Shown in pieces: positions 12,871-25,686 of a DNA stretch of 64,000 bases (its first letter is position 1; each line of letters opens with the position of its first letter). The notes under the pieces are model-generated. The model was not told the origin of the DNA. It was given only the letters and a program-made list of their open reading frames with translations, and did no database searches. The stretch covers positions 1 to 64,000 of the forward strand of contig QPGO01000201.1 in the NCBI GenBank assembly GCA_008632985.1, read 5' to 3'. A program made the position numbers and the translations under genes. This stretch comes from Psammoneis japonica. Lineage: Eukaryota.

Positions 12871-13008
12871 GAAGTCGGTTGTAATGTTCTTTATAGTATC
12901 GTCTTCGCGCCCTTACGACACAATCATGTTGAACGGGGAACATCATGAACGAGGAATTCCCACTTGTATTCTCTTTGACTTGCTTAGTAGAGCTGTTCCA
13001 GAAAATTG

Positions 13009-13800
13009 TTATGATGGATTTTGAGTACTGCGCTTTGCAGCAGCGTCAGTTTGCGTTGAAAAGGGCGTGGATATGGCCGACAGAGATCTCCCACGATGCT
13101 GTGGTGCTCCTTGCTGCAACATCATTCCCGCTAACGCCATGCTCGATGCCCGAAGACGAGGGGACCGAAGGGAAGAGAATTGGCCACTGGCCAGTGCTCC
13201 GGCATAAGGAGATGTCAAAGACAGCCCCATTTGGCGGTATTTGTTTTGGAGCATCAAGTTGCCAAGGTTAACCGAATGGTTATGGGGTAGCTGTGACCCT
13301 CCCATATGATTTATTGAGTTGCATCGTTCAAGAGCTCTCATCGCAGCGGAAACTATCTGCTTGGTAGTTGGATCATGTGCATATAGGTCACCAGACAAAG
13401 CATTTGGCAAAGATGCCTCCCTTCTGGCTTCGAGGCTGCCCGATGGTGAACCAACAGCTTTTGTAGTGGGCGCACTGTTTGTGTGCGGGCCGGGATCACT
13501 TTTTCCTTTGGACTTTATGTGTGCGTCGTCTGTAGGTCCTGGCACTGATGCTTCGATACGACGCTTTTTCAGAGGGACGCAAGTAGCCCCAGCAACCGAA
13601 AAGCGCTTCTCGGGTGCCTTGGGCTTGACAGCATCATTGGTCACAGGAAATGATTCAGGTGATGAGGCAGGGATCGGTTGGTCTGATCCGTTGCGCCTTT
13701 TCTTACAATGTACAGTCATCATCGGATCTTCTATTTTGGTGCTTTTCTTGCGCAGCGATTCAGCTGCAGCGTCAATCAAACTTTTACGAATTGGTGGCAT
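13009..13800 (-). CDS. Hypothetical low-complexity protein with basic NLS-like motifs
   Basis: Open frame from MPPIRKSL (ATG at 13800) with KKRR and PLKKRR. Normal TpA/CpG content. No domain recognised. Confidence 0.5.
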   Translation of the reverse strand: MPPIRKSLIDAAAESLRKKSTKIEDPMMTVHCKKRRNGSDQPIPASSPESFPVTNDAVKPKAPEKRFSVAGATCVPLKKRRIEASVPGPTDDAHIKSKGKSDPGPHTNSAPTTKAVGSPSGSLEARREASLPNALSGDLYAHDPTTKQIVSAAMRALERCNSINHMGGSQLPHNHSVNLGNLMLQNKYRQMGLSLTSPYAGALASGQFSSLRSPRLRASSMALAGMMLQQGAPQHRGRSLSAISTPFSTQTDAAAKRSTQNPS

Positions 13801-14440
13801 TGTGAGAGTATTCCTCAAGCCATCCAGCAAGAAGAAAAATAGTTGCGGTGAGAACAAAGAGTGATGCCTTTCGACCAAAGATTTATGCAACGTCGACTGA
13901 ATGACCAAAACGGTCATTTTCGGCAATAAAATCTAAATGACTTATAGCCGAATGAGTCACTTGGGCATAAGTAAACCTTTTCTTTTTCTCCGGAAGAATG
14001 CCTCACGCGGTGACAGTCTATCGATCACAGGGTTCGTTGCCACGTCACTTGGCGGACGGTCAAGACATTTTCGATTTCCGTTCAAATTTTATTTTGTCTT
14101 AAAACCTGAAGTTGTATATTGATTTTTTTCGAAAATTTTATTTATGATTCCTGTTCAGTCACTCGTGCTCGCCGATTGTCTTAGAGGTGAGATTTATGCA
14201 TTGAGAAGCGACCCCAAAATCGACAATGGGCATCGCATCAAGCTATCTGTTCGTCACCATCATCTACTTCTAGATCGAATCCTACACCTCCTCCTCGCAT
14301 GAACCCAACTGATGCGAACGCCTCGCAGATGATTTCAATCGAAGGACCCGGCAGACAAGAAGTGATTCTCGGAGAACAACCTAGCCTAACCATGGCTCGA
14401 CTAAGTAAGTTCGACTCACTCGCACTACGTACGGCAGGTT

Positions 14441-15490
14441 GTGTGGAACGTTGTGCATTTTAAAATTGGACTGTTTCTCATTCTCTCTTGCAACATAACA
14501 ACATGTTCAGGTGATGAAGCGCAAAGTGCTTTATTTGCAAGCTCAACAATTTCAGGGAAAAGCGTTGCGACGAAAGAAGTCGAGACTCAAGACGATGACG
14601 ACGGGCCTTCCCACCAGCCCCGACCCAAACCTTGGCAGGAGGTACTTGGATTTGTCGTTGATCAGTCTTCTGACGCTGACGGTGAAGCGCCTAAAGCTGA
14701 ATCTCCTAAAACAACATCCTGGGGTTCGCAGCTGTTGGACGCCTTGTCATCTCTGGGATTAAATGAAGAAGAGCTTCCAAGAGAGACCGCCAGATCCGTC
14801 CCAGAAGAGCTCGTACAGAACCCAGACCAAGAGGGAGATCATAATGCCAACAGTGAATTTGACGATGATCTAGAGAATTCAATTTCTGATATAGCTGCAG
14901 AGATGTCTTATACCCCCGACGTGCTTTCGGAAGAATCCAAATCGGACCAACCTACAAACACTCATCGTCAGAATTTGTACAGCAGCATTTCTTCGCTAAG
15001 TGCAATACTGGAGGAGAGCTTGGGAAATATGAGCGCAAGCTCGATAACCTCAAAGCAATCGGTCGATGCTCATGAGGCTTCTCCCACGACTTCTCCTGCG
15101 ACAAGGCGCGTTAGAATACGTCGCCACAGTACACAAAAGGAGAACAAACAAGACGATGAGGATTGGAAAAGACTACAGCAAATAATCAAAGAAAAGGGAA
15201 TATTAACGAACTCTGGAGTTCGGAACATCGTGTTTGAATCCATGAAGGATGCGCCTGATAGACGAAAACTTGGCGGCGCCGACACGGCCATATCGTCAGA
15301 AGCACAGGTCGATCCGCAAATGGAGAAGATGGCCGCATACCTAGAAAGATTCAACGCCACAAAGGGAGGGCGGAGTTCAATGGATAGATCCACGAAAAGT
15401 GTATTGAAAGATTTCTTTGGGAGAGTAATAGATAGCTTGTCTGACGAGGCGTTACCGCCCCGACAGCCTTTGCAACAACAAAGTCAATAA
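14441..15490 (+). CDS. Hypothetical acidic protein, possible signal peptide
   Basis: 349-codon ORF; hydrophobic IGLFLILSCNITTCSG near the start. True start codon uncertain. Confidence 0.5.
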   Translation: MWNVVHFKIGLFLILSCNITTCSGDEAQSALFASSTISGKSVATKEVETQDDDDGPSHQPRPKPWQEVLGFVVDQSSDADGEAPKAESPKTTSWGSQLLDALSSLGLNEEELPRETARSVPEELVQNPDQEGDHNANSEFDDDLENSISDIAAEMSYTPDVLSEESKSDQPTNTHRQNLYSSISSLSAILEESLGNMSASSITSKQSVDAHEASPTTSPATRRVRIRRHSTQKENKQDDEDWKRLQQIIKEKGILTNSGVRNIVFESMKDAPDRRKLGGADTAISSEAQVDPQMEKMAAYLERFNATKGGRSSMDRSTKSVLKDFFGRVIDSLSDEALPPRQPLQQQSQ

Positions 15491-15586
15491 TTCGACTCAG
15501 GGGCACTTACTTTGATATTTATTTTATGCGTTAAGTCTTGAGTTAAAGTATCATGCATCGCAATGCGTTGTCGTTTATTCAAAATG

Positions 15587-17675
15587 CTACTGCAATATGT
15601 TTTTGAGAAGTAGCTCCAAGTCGTTTGTGATTTTACCGACCGTTGTTTGAACGTCACCAGACGATTCATCTCTGCGTTTTTGTATCTCATCAACATGGTC
15701 GCTTGTGTATTTGGACGTGACATCTTCTATTAAAGGCGAAGAGTCGTGTCTCGTATCAGCTTTCGTAGAAGACTGACGAGGGGCACGAAAAGCGACAATG
15801 TACGTTTGTTGTTTCCCCCATTCCTGATACAATAGAGGTTTATCCACCGCAGCTTCGCATGGATCTAAACAAGAATATGAGAAAAGAGAGAGTGGTGAGA
15901 GGAATTCTTGCTACCAGCAAGTCTTGAGACAGAAAACCTGAAAATACTAGTTCGTACCAAGATGAATCCATCTTGCACCCAAGCGAACCTCGGCCCACAC
16001 ATGATCCGCCCAGTCGACAATCCACCGTGCCTCATGTCCTGTCGCACGCAAGAGCCGAAAGAGCAGCATACTGTACTCCCCACAACGCCCGCGTTTGTTA
16101 TTGATAATGGAAGATGCGGAGTTGTAGCGTGGAAAGCGCGTAAAGCCCCCACACTTTTGACATTGATAAATCTCTGTACGACTCGCCTTTCCAATGAGCT
16201 CTTCTTGAGTTGGATAGACATATCCCAAAAAGGAAGACGTATCTTCCTCCTCTTCGTCTTCGTCGTCACTGGTAGGTTGGTCGTTTTCAGCTTGAGCTGG
16301 TTCTGGTTCGTCCTTTGCAGAAGCCCCACAGTGGTCACAACGGTCATAATAGTAAGGGAAGCGACTACGAAACCAATCCATAAAATGCTGAAGAACTTCG
16401 AATTGCTTCGTTTCTGACAATGTCTGGAAGTGCTTGGCACTCAGCTTTTTCGTTTCCGGGACACCGTATTCTCTCTCGAGCCATCCCAACAAGCCGCCGT
16501 TTAGAATCTCTAGCAATTCCTCCGGAATGGGTCGTTCTTCTTGACCATGCGTCGTATCATTGAATACCTTCAATTGACCCTTGGCAATTTGTTCTTCTTC
16601 CAGTTCGTCTTGAATAATGGCAGCAAGTCGTTCTGCGTACAAATGCAACAAGTCGGGAAAGCCACCCTTTTGAAAGTACCTTCACGATGAGAGGATGATG
16701 ATGATGATGTTTCTTGCTTGTCGCTCTTGTAGACTGCTAAAATTTCAGTCCGTTCGCTCAAGAGACGTCTTTCTTTCCACAGCTTTCTCAAATCATTCTT
16801 GACTTCTTCGTCGTTGACTTGAATAGTTTCCGTTGACACAAAGGAATCATCAAAGGGTTTATCTTCCAAAGCCAGAGTGTAATTGACCCATGCACAGAAC
16901 TTGCGTCTCGTCATGTTGAACCCTTTAAAAGGACGCGATTCGAAACCGGATCTCGGTACACGTGCAATACGGCTGTCGCTGCCGCCTTTTGCGTATTCTC
17001 GTCCGTATGCTCTTCCTGATCGTTTTGTGCATCGTCTGCTCTTGCCATCATGGCTTGTGAACCTAACTTTAAATGCACACTCTCGGTAGGAACCGTTTGT
17101 TTCTGCTGCTGCTGTTGTTGGTCCGGAGGTGATGATGTCTCGATGAGCTGCTGCTGCTGCTGCTGTTGTTCACTCGTCTCGTTGCTAGAAGTACTCTCCA
17201 CGATCGCCCCGAGTTGTGTATCGGATTTCTTATTAAAAAATAGAAAACCCGTCGTCTTTTTCTTTCGAGATGATAAGGTGGCGTTCTTTTCTGCAGTAGA
17301 CAATCGTGTCGTTTTGTTCTTTCCCATGTCTCCGAGCGGACCAATAAACACTTTTCTGGAATGTTTGACATGGTTGTTTCGAGGTACCAAAAGAGCATTC
17401 GTGCGGGAGAAGAATGACGCCAATCCCAAAAGTAACACGAATCTGTTCACTTTTCGCTTCTTTGGTATAGCATAGCATCTGCTACAAACTTCAGTCTCGT
17501 CTTTATTCTGTCTTCCATGACTCGGTATCGTCAACATAATATCCTTCTGCTGCTGATGGGATTGATGGCGTGAAGAAAAGAACATTTCTGTTGTTGTTGA
17601 TTCTTCATCGTTTGTTTCAGAGGAATTTATCATTGATCCAAGTCCTATCACTTTTCTATGATTCAGTGCATTCAA
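15587..17675 (-). CDS. PNG1: Peptide-N-glycanase (PNGase, transglutaminase-like) with long N-terminal extension
   Basis: CxxC pairs (CDHC, CQKC), RFPRYN, RGRCGEY, DWADHVWAEV, WIHL|DPCEAAVDKPLLYQEWGK. Intron 15865-15957. 1-nt frameshifts near 16666 and 16948. PolyQ tracts ~17100-17170. Confidence 0.9.
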
Positions 17676-17882
17676 GAGAGAGCAGCTACTCTATTAGATA
17701 GTCGACTTATCAGAAAGTGAATGCATAGGACACAGGACACAGCAGTTCGGGAAGTTCATTGGCAGCACTCGCGACGAGCATCCGGCGGCAGCGGATCGAC
17801 ACCCGCCATCGCGCGTGCAAGCGTGCGGTGAAGCAGAACAGCTGGCAGTTGAAAATTTGGTGTTCGCAAGACATGACAGAAG

Positions 17883-17890
17883 TGACGTCA
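17883..17890. promoter_or_regulatory. TGACGTCA palindrome (CRE-like bZIP site) upstream of PNGase
   Basis: Exact 8-mer ~200 bp upstream of the minus-strand gene. Function inferred. Confidence 0.35.
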
Positions 17891-20080
17891 TTCATCTCGC
17901 GCACGTAGTGCGTGGTTATTAGACTGGCTGTAGGTGTGTGTGCATGTGCGAGGTGTGTAGAACATACGTAGCCCTAGAATTACCACTGAGTGAGTTGACA
18001 TGCGGTGGATTTCCGCCGGTGCACAATCTACCGGTGCGTGGTCTACATGGAACATATATTTATGTCGGTCTCTGAGGCTTTTACACAACATAAAATTTTC
18101 TTGTGATTTTTGTGAGCACACATGCAACCATTCAAAAAAGTGAGGAACACCCCGAAACAAATTTTCGAATCTGAACAAAAAAAATTTCTTTTCAACGGTC
18201 CGAACAGAGTCGCCCCGAAGCGCTTCTCAAAACATCTTCAGATTGGATGTGGTGAAACATGACACTGCAGGCAAAACAGAGCAGCTGTCGGCAAAATGGA
18301 GCTCAGCTTGATTTCAGCAGGATTCTGTGCACATTTCAATGAACACTCAACCACGCACAGCTGCACCTGGCAATTTTCGTGCCCGCTGGCTCTTGATTGA
18401 AACGAGGTCTCGCCACTCACTTTTCCCGTGGAAAACAAAATCCCGTCAAACACAAAACTCATCGTCTCGTCTCGACATCGCTTTCGACACGATGAAGATT
18501 GCACCCATTGCATCTGCACTTGTCCTCCTCTTTTCTGTTGCTTCCTTTCCTGTGACCACTCATCGTCTGGTGGGACAAGCTGCGACAGATCCAAAGGAGC
18601 AAGAGCTTGTTGAGAAGGCGCTCTTTTCTGACGGACCCGACACTCCACCGGAAGCTCCAGAACCTGCATCGCCCGCATCGACCCACTCTGCCAAATCTCA
18701 AGCTTCTTTGATTGATGAGTGGAGCAAGCGCATTCAAAATGGTGCTGCTTTTTCTCTTCCTGTCGTTCATGGCTCTCTCGATGTGAGGAACTGTCGCCCC
18801 TGCGATGCTTTCATGATGCTGCCGGGTGTGCCCAATTTTGGATGCCAGCATGCTCCGGCTCAAGCTTTTTTGTCTCCCCCCCACAATCATTGGATGTCGG
18901 CTCCTTGCTTTCGTCCACCTCCTGCTCCCCATCACATGCCGCCACACACACATTTTGGATCACCGCATGAGCGCCATTCTCATGGATCGCAGGATGCAGC
19001 ATTTGGAACCCCCGACTCGTTTTCAACCTCTGCACAGCGCAGAAGAGAACGAAACTGAAAGAGACGTGCTGAGTGCTGAGCGGAGGATCAAGCCGCAAAA
19101 GACGTCAAGCAGCAAAAGCGAGAGTGTGACACCCGGCATCTCAGCAGACATCCCGAGTTTGCTCTTCCCGTCAATCACATTGAGATTTCATCAACGCAAG
19201 ATTTGGAGGTTTCAAACATCACTGATCCCAAGTTTCGACACAGAACTTGACAAGTGGCTGGTGCCATTGACGATTCTTCTGACAGAGAGGTGAAATGACA
19301 GCACACTTTGAGTCGCAAGTGTTTCCATTTTGTTGGTCCCACTTTGTCGAATTTTTTTGCTCATGACTCTGCTTCATCTGTTCTTGCTCATCCAGATCTG
19401 CCAGCTGCCATTGATTCCTCCACCAACAATCACAGAGTTGCGAATGGAAGGAAGGAGCAATCTTGAGCACAAGCACAAGAAAGCCTGTCAACTCAAGAAT
19501 GGCAAGAAACTGCAAGGGCTCAACAACGCCAATCAAATGCAGAAGCCAGATTTTTCAAAGGAACGTCAATGGCAGAAGCAAGACTGCAAAACCGCCAAGC
19601 AACGAAACAAGCAAACAGACAAAAAAGGCAATCGATGGACGATGACCCTTCCTCCTTGTCCTCATCCTCATCATTGTCATCTGCTTTGTCCTCTTCTGAT
19701 GACCCTCCAGCTCCACCCTCTTCCCTTGATGAATGTTTTGAAGCTTGCAGGGATGGCCGGCATCCAGGTGTCAATCTGGAAGACCACCCCAATGTAAGAG
19801 ACATGATGTTGATTGTCGTCACTTTGCTCTTCAATTGTTCTCACTCTTGTTTGACTGGCCCACATGTGAAAGCTTGTCAAGATGAATTTGTGGACGGAGT
19901 TTCAAAGACAGAAATGATGCGGTGTGCCACTTGCAAGAAGCGCTGGTTCAACATGACCGTGAACAAGTCCGACCTGCAGCAGTGCCTTGCTTGTTCTCCA
20001 AGGATGTCAAGGAGCATGGCTTGAGTCGTCTCTCTGCAGCAAAGGACATGGACATCTGTGCCAAGGGACGTCCTGCACAC

Positions 20081-20469
20081 GATGGGTTCCAGTCCCAGGT
20101 GGGACTTTTTGTGACATTTGCCCCGCAGAATTCTACGTGCAAGCTCTGCAGTTCGTACTCTGGTCAATGGATGTGTTTGTCTTCGTCATAAAACAAACGG
20201 CCAAGTTTGTGGTGCACACATCCCTGTTCGTACTCGAAGTTTAGGACGATGCGCCTGCCCTGCGCCATTCTTAAGACACTCGAGAATGGCGCAGAAGAAA
20301 AAAATGTTAAAAGTTGTTGAATGGATCGCCTGACAATTGCACCATAAAATGACACAAAATTTTGCCAAAATCATGTAGAAATGCATGTGCGCGACATGCG
20401 ACGCGATTCAAAAAACTGTCGATGTCACAGTTCAGTGGTGCGAGGTCCCACCTAGACCTGGAACGCGTC
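20081..20469. mobile_element. MITE family A, copy 1 (approx. 25-bp TIR, 4-bp TSD ACAC) inserted in RepHel
   Basis: Left end GATGGGTTCCAGTCCCAGGTGGGAC, right end GTCCCACCTAGACCTGGAACGCGTC. ACAC at 20077-20080 and 20470-20473. Removing the element plus one TSD restores frame PAHLPKPSEVEEMLIA. Confidence 0.88.
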
Positions 20470-23400
20470 ACACCTGCCCAAGCCATCTGAGGTTGAAGAG
20501 ATGCTCATTGCTTGTGCTCACACTGTCATGAAGTGCTGTCGTCTTCAGTCCGGGCAAGTCGGGCACAAAGGGTCCGTTGTGAATCTTGAAAAGGACACAG
20601 ACAAAGTCATTGTGAGCCTGCCACTCAAGGTTTCTGACTTGCCAGTTGTTTTTGTCCTCTGAAAGCCAAACCAAAGGACACCAAATGGATGCAAAGACTT
20701 TCAGGTTCGCTGCGACAATGTCACAGAATGGCTTGTCTGGCTGAAGGAAAATCATCTGGGCCATCATGATGTCGACATTGACCTGGAAAATCTTTTGCTT
20801 CTTCCAGAGGATGGTTCAGTGGCAGACTCCATTTCTTCCATTTCAGATGAGAGTGAGCTGGCAGGTGATGCAAGTGAGGACCAAGACGCTGCTGCCAGTG
20901 GTCCAGAACAAGGTGGGGCAAGCGGACAGGAGGGCGAGGATGTCGATCTGGGCATCTGCCATCTGTCCCTCATCCAGGTCAGCAGCACGCCGAAATTTCA
21001 AAGACTCTCCGCAATCAATTTGATCCTGCTTCCGTCGTCCAAGAGATTGGAAACAACGGCCAGCCCGTCAATGACTGCACCTTTCCTCAGCTTCAAAGCC
21101 TGGCCTTTTCCACTCTCTTCCCGCGTGGCGACGGGGATGTCATGCACAACGATCGCCACGTCAATGTGGCCATGGTGGAGGCAAACAAGCACTTGCTTCA
21201 GCACGGCTGTTTTGACAACAAGGAGGAGGGAGAGTGGGTGCATCTGTTTGCACGCCACAATCGGTGGATGCATTGGGCCGAGAATGCTCTGCTGCTGCTC
21301 GACATCGTCACCAGGAACAAAAGAAAATGTGCCTGCAAAAAAAGTGCCCAGAAGATGCACAGCTCACCAAGGAAGAGCTGAAGCATGCAGTGCAAGAGAA
21401 CGGGCTGCACTTCAAAGAAATTGTTTCCAACATGCAAAAGTTCAATGCGAATGTCCCAGGTGGTGACTCACATTTCTGCAAGAAGAAGAAGGAGCTCAAG
21501 GCTCTGACAGACCAGTGCGGAATGCCCACATTGTGGTTTGCTCTTTCAGCCACCGACAACCACTGGGCGGACCTCAGTGCCTTGTTGGTTTGCAACTCTG
21601 ACTGTGAAGAGTTTTCAGAAGAAGAGAAAGCCACCTGTCATTGCAAGGCTGTCCGAGATGACCCTCACATTGTTGATGCCTTCTTTCAAGAACGGGTCAA
21701 TTTGATGATGAAGAGCTTCTTTGGAAAGAATGGCATGAAAACAAGCTGGACTTGGTTTTGGATCGAATGCCAAGCCCGCGGTGCCGCTCATGTTCACGGA
21801 TGTTTGCGACTGGAGGCTGACCCGGGGCCATCAGACCTGTCACAGGTTGTTTTGGAAGGAAGATTGGCTGCTTTGAAACTGTGCCAACAAGGTCTGCTGG
21901 ATGAGGATGACGATTTTGCCAAGGAGGGTTGTGAACTGGACATGTGTGAAGAGGAGTTTGAATGCAAAGATGACGAGGAGCTTTCTTTTGAACAGATGCT
22001 GCAAGCTGTCAGAGATGGAAAGGAGGCACAAGACATGGTTGTCACCTTTGATGATTTTCTTGTCTCTGCGTTTCACCCCAGCCCTCCAGAAGATGCTGCA
22101 ACCGACGAGCGGCTGGAGTCCACCAAGTTTTGTCCCGGGGTGGATGGTGGAGTGCACCCAAGCAATGACAGGCCTCAAGATGTGCTGGAGATGACAAGAG
22201 ATGACCGCACTGGCAACTGCTGCAATCTGTGCAACACGGTGGAACGGCATGCATGCAAGCCCGGCGGCTGCTGTGACCGCAACAAGTCCAAGTGCGACAA
22301 GGCAAAAGCAGGTGAACACATTTTGGACTGTTGCTTTGGACATCCTTTGCATCTTTCAAGAATTTCTCGTCTGGTTGTTCTAGAGAAGCTTGTCAAAAAC
22401 AAAGCTGGAGAGACCTGAAAAGTCTCAAGAATGGAAATGGCATCGGCACGCAACGACAAGTGGATCAACAGTCATTGCATCCCAGTGTTCGAGGTTTGGA
22501 GAGCCAACATTGATTTCCGACTTGTTGCAGATGTGCCGGTGAGGTTTTTGGCACATGAGCAAGCATGTCTCCAAGTCTGAATCCAGCATGACGTCCATGC
22601 AAATGACCGCAATGGTTCGCAAAACAGTGGAGCAGAAAATCAATGATGGATGCAGTGCACAGGCAGTGTTGAAGAGCACAATGGCCAAGCTTTTGGGTGT
22701 GTCTAGTTTTGATTTGATCCTTGTGTGACTTTACATTTCCACTCACAGTGTGTTGTTCATTCTTTGAATGAATCAAAATGGTCGCCCCAAACAGGCAAGC
22801 GAATGGTTTCCAAACAGGAGACGTGCCATCTCATTTTAAGTTTGCCTCTTGTCTCTTGCTCCCACACCTTTGTCACTGTCAATCTCAAAAATGCCTCCAG
22901 GCAAGTTGACCTGGAGGAGTCGGATGATCCTTCTGATGGAGATGTTGGCGCCGATGCAGGAGCGGATTCTGCTGCAATGCCGACGGTCGTTGATGCACAT
23001 GCTGCACGCCTCAACCAAGAAGCCTGGGCTGATTGTTCAGTTTTTGCAGCATTTGAGCCAGGACTCAGAGACCTTGCTCCACAAGAATTTGCCGCCAGAT
23101 TCTACGTTGGCAAGTCCGGAAAGCACAAGAAGAAAATCCGCCCCCACCAGAAACCAAACACGGCAGCTGTTTTTGCACCTCGAGTTCCAAGTGCTCCTGG
23201 TGGTCGCAACTTTGTCAAGTGCTGCAAGCACTCATTGATCAAGCATTGACCATGGAGTGGCACACTCGAATCTGCTTGGGGTGGCACCAACGCATCCAAT
23301 GATGACATCATTCATGCTTGGAGCCAACATGCTCTGTTTCTGATGTGACAAGGTCGACAAATTCCTGGTTTCCTTCAACGCGAGATTAAATCAAGCTTGT

Positions 23401-24112
23401 GCTTGCCCAACAGGAATGGCGTGAATGACAACGTTGATGTGCCAATGGGTGACAACTCGGACTCTGGTCCAACGGATGCAAGCCAAGACTCTTGGATGGA
23501 TGTTGGGCATGCCACGCAAATGGACAATGTGCCAGCTCTTTCTGGAAGCAATCTCAAATGGTCAGAGGATCATGATTTTTCAGAACTCAAGCATGGCTGT
23601 CCAGAATGTGATGGATGGGACGAGGAAGTGGAGCAAAAGTGTGATCATCTCATGTCTGACCCCGTCGATCGAGCTGCAAGGAGTCAAGTTTCTTTCAACT
23701 TGCTCAATGAATGACAGTGTCTGGCTCATGATGCAATTGCAAGTGCTCTTGTTGGAGAAAGTGAGGGACAGTGTGTTCTCCTTGTTGGGGTGGGAGGTGC
23801 AGGAAAATCATTTGCTGTTGATGCTGTCACTGCTGCTCTCTGGGACTGTGGACTTCCAACAAGCAGCTGAGCTCTTGTGGCTGCAACAGGCAAGGCTGCG
23901 ATGGTCATTGGCAGATCTGCAGTTCACTCTCACCAAGAAGGACTGGGAATGCCCCTCTCTGGCAAATGTTGTCATCCTCTCACGAACAAAAATCTTGCTG
24001 AAGCTCAAGATGGGTTTGCGAATCTCAAGCTTTTGATTCTTGAGTTCTCGATGCTGTGTCAAAGAGAGCTTCGCTGCATTGACCAGAGATTGCGTGAAAT
24101 CAAAGGTGTCAA

Positions 24113-24686
24113 NNNNNNNNNNNNNNNNNNNNNNNNNNNNNNNNNNNNNNNNNNNNNNNNNNNNNNNNNNNNNNNNNNNNNNNNNNNNNNNNNNNNNNNN
24201 NNNNNNNNNNNNNNNNNNNNNNNNNNNNNNNNNNNNNNNNNNNNNNNNNNNNNNNNNNNNNNNNNNNNNNNNNNNNNNNNNNNNNNNNNNNNNNNNNNNN
24301 NNNNNNNNNNNNNNNNNNNNNNNNNNNNNNNNNNNNNNNNNNNNNNNNNNNNNNNNNNNNNNNNNNNNNNNNNNNNNNNNNNNNNNNNNNNNNNNNNNNN
24401 NNNNNNNNNNNNNNNNNNNNNNNNNNNNNNNNNNNNNNNNNNNNNNNNNNNNNNNNNNNNNNNNNNNNNNNNNNNNNNNNNNNNNNNNNNNNNNNNNNNN
24501 NNNNNNNNNNNNNNNNNNNNNNNNNNNNNNNNNNNNNNNNNNNNNNNNNNNNNNNNNNNNNNNNNNNNNNNNNNNNNNNNNNNNNNNNNNNNNNNNNNNN
24601 NNNNNNNNNNNNNNNNNNNNNNNNNNNNNNNNNNNNNNNNNNNNNNNNNNNNNNNNNNNNNNNNNNNNNNNNNNNNNNNNNNNNNN
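24113..24686. other. Assembly gap (N run) inside the PIF1 helicase
   Basis: Run of N with helicase motifs on both sides. Confidence 0.99.
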
Positions 24687-25533
24687 GGCTCCATCTCTTC
24701 CAAAGTTTGTGTGGGTTGACTTCAGCAGAGACTGTGGCGGAGGATCATTTTTTCCCGACGACGACAGTTGCCGAGGTTGGGTGCCAATTCACCCTGTGAC
24801 TGCAGCCGTGTGCACTCAAAAGCAAGATGATGTGGGCTGTGATGAACACACTCACACTGTGTTGCCCTTGAAGCTTTGCTGGGCAATGACCATTTGGAAA
24901 GCTCAAGGCCAAACCATCAAGCCCCATTTTGTCATGGATTTGTCCAACCGCGAGAAGCAGCATGGTTTGACCTGCACTGCTTTTTCCCGTGCCCAACGTC
25001 TTTCAGATGTTGGGTTGGTCAATGGTGTCATGCAAGATTGACTTTGTAAGAAGGCGTGCAAGCACAAGAAAATGGACAAGCGTCTGCAGGAGAAGAGGCG
25101 TCTGGAAGCGCTGCTGCGAACGACCATCCAAGCTTTTCGACAACCGCTCTGTGCTGCAGATCAATCCAGTCTAGCTGTTTTGTCCTTCTGTCCTGCCACA
25201 TTCCTTGAAAACAACCAATCACCACCTTTGAGGGCAGGCAAACTCTGTGTGACTGAGATTCAGGTTGCAGCACGTCGAGTGGCACCCCCTTCCTTGGAGG
25301 CGCCACTCTCAGTCTCGCCGGGGAGCAACCCCTTGGCTCTCGTGGGCCGTCTTGCAGAAAAAAATTGCCAAGGTGCCACTGCAGTCAGCTGCCTTGGCAC
25401 AGTTGCTCACAATCATCAGAGACAAGAGCAACCTCGTCTGCCCTTTGTGTCGGGACTTTCCCAAAAGTGGCAGATTGTGGATTTTAAAATGAAGAATGCT
25501 CCTCACCCTTGGACCACTCCACACAACATTCAA

Positions 25534-25682
25534 TGTTGGCATCCACTTGAGTCACCCAGCAAGGTGTTGGCATCCACTTGAGTCACCCAGTGAGGTGCAG
25601 GTGTCCACTTGAGCCACCCAGCAAGGTGTTGGCATCCGCTTGAGCTGCCTCGTGCCTCATGTGATGTGGCACCCGCTTGAAC
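25534..25682 (+). repeat. 31-bp tandem repeat, about 4-5 degenerate units
   Basis: TGTTGGCATCCACTTGAGTCACCCAGCAAGG at 25534, with variants at 25565, 25596 and 25627 and a partial unit near 25667. Confidence 0.85.
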
Positions 25683-25686
25683 CGCC

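Larger units (their letters stand above)
18200..25200 (+). mobile_element. Degenerate Helitron-superfamily element (Helentron/Helitron2-type RepHel)
   Basis: N-terminal CATCKKRWF and EVEEMLIA...SLPLKVSDLPVV...DFQVR...WLKEN. Rep motif 1 MPTLWFALSA, motif 2 WFWIECQARGAAHVHG, motif 3 WRANIDF...HMSKHVSKSE, then SKQETCHL. PIF1 helicase GVGGAGKS, ATGKAA, EFSM, LPLKLCWAMTIWKAQGQT, GLTCTAFSR. Intron 22697-22794. Termini not identified. Confidence 0.9.

Noticed and set aside
23877..25041. ORFs of 214-333 aa spanning the N run
   Set aside because: Lengths are artefacts of the assembly gap; only the flanks (PIF1 helicase) are informative.
25534..25682. CRISPR-like array
   Set aside because: Units are head-to-tail with no unique spacers, there are no cas genes, and the context is eukaryotic.
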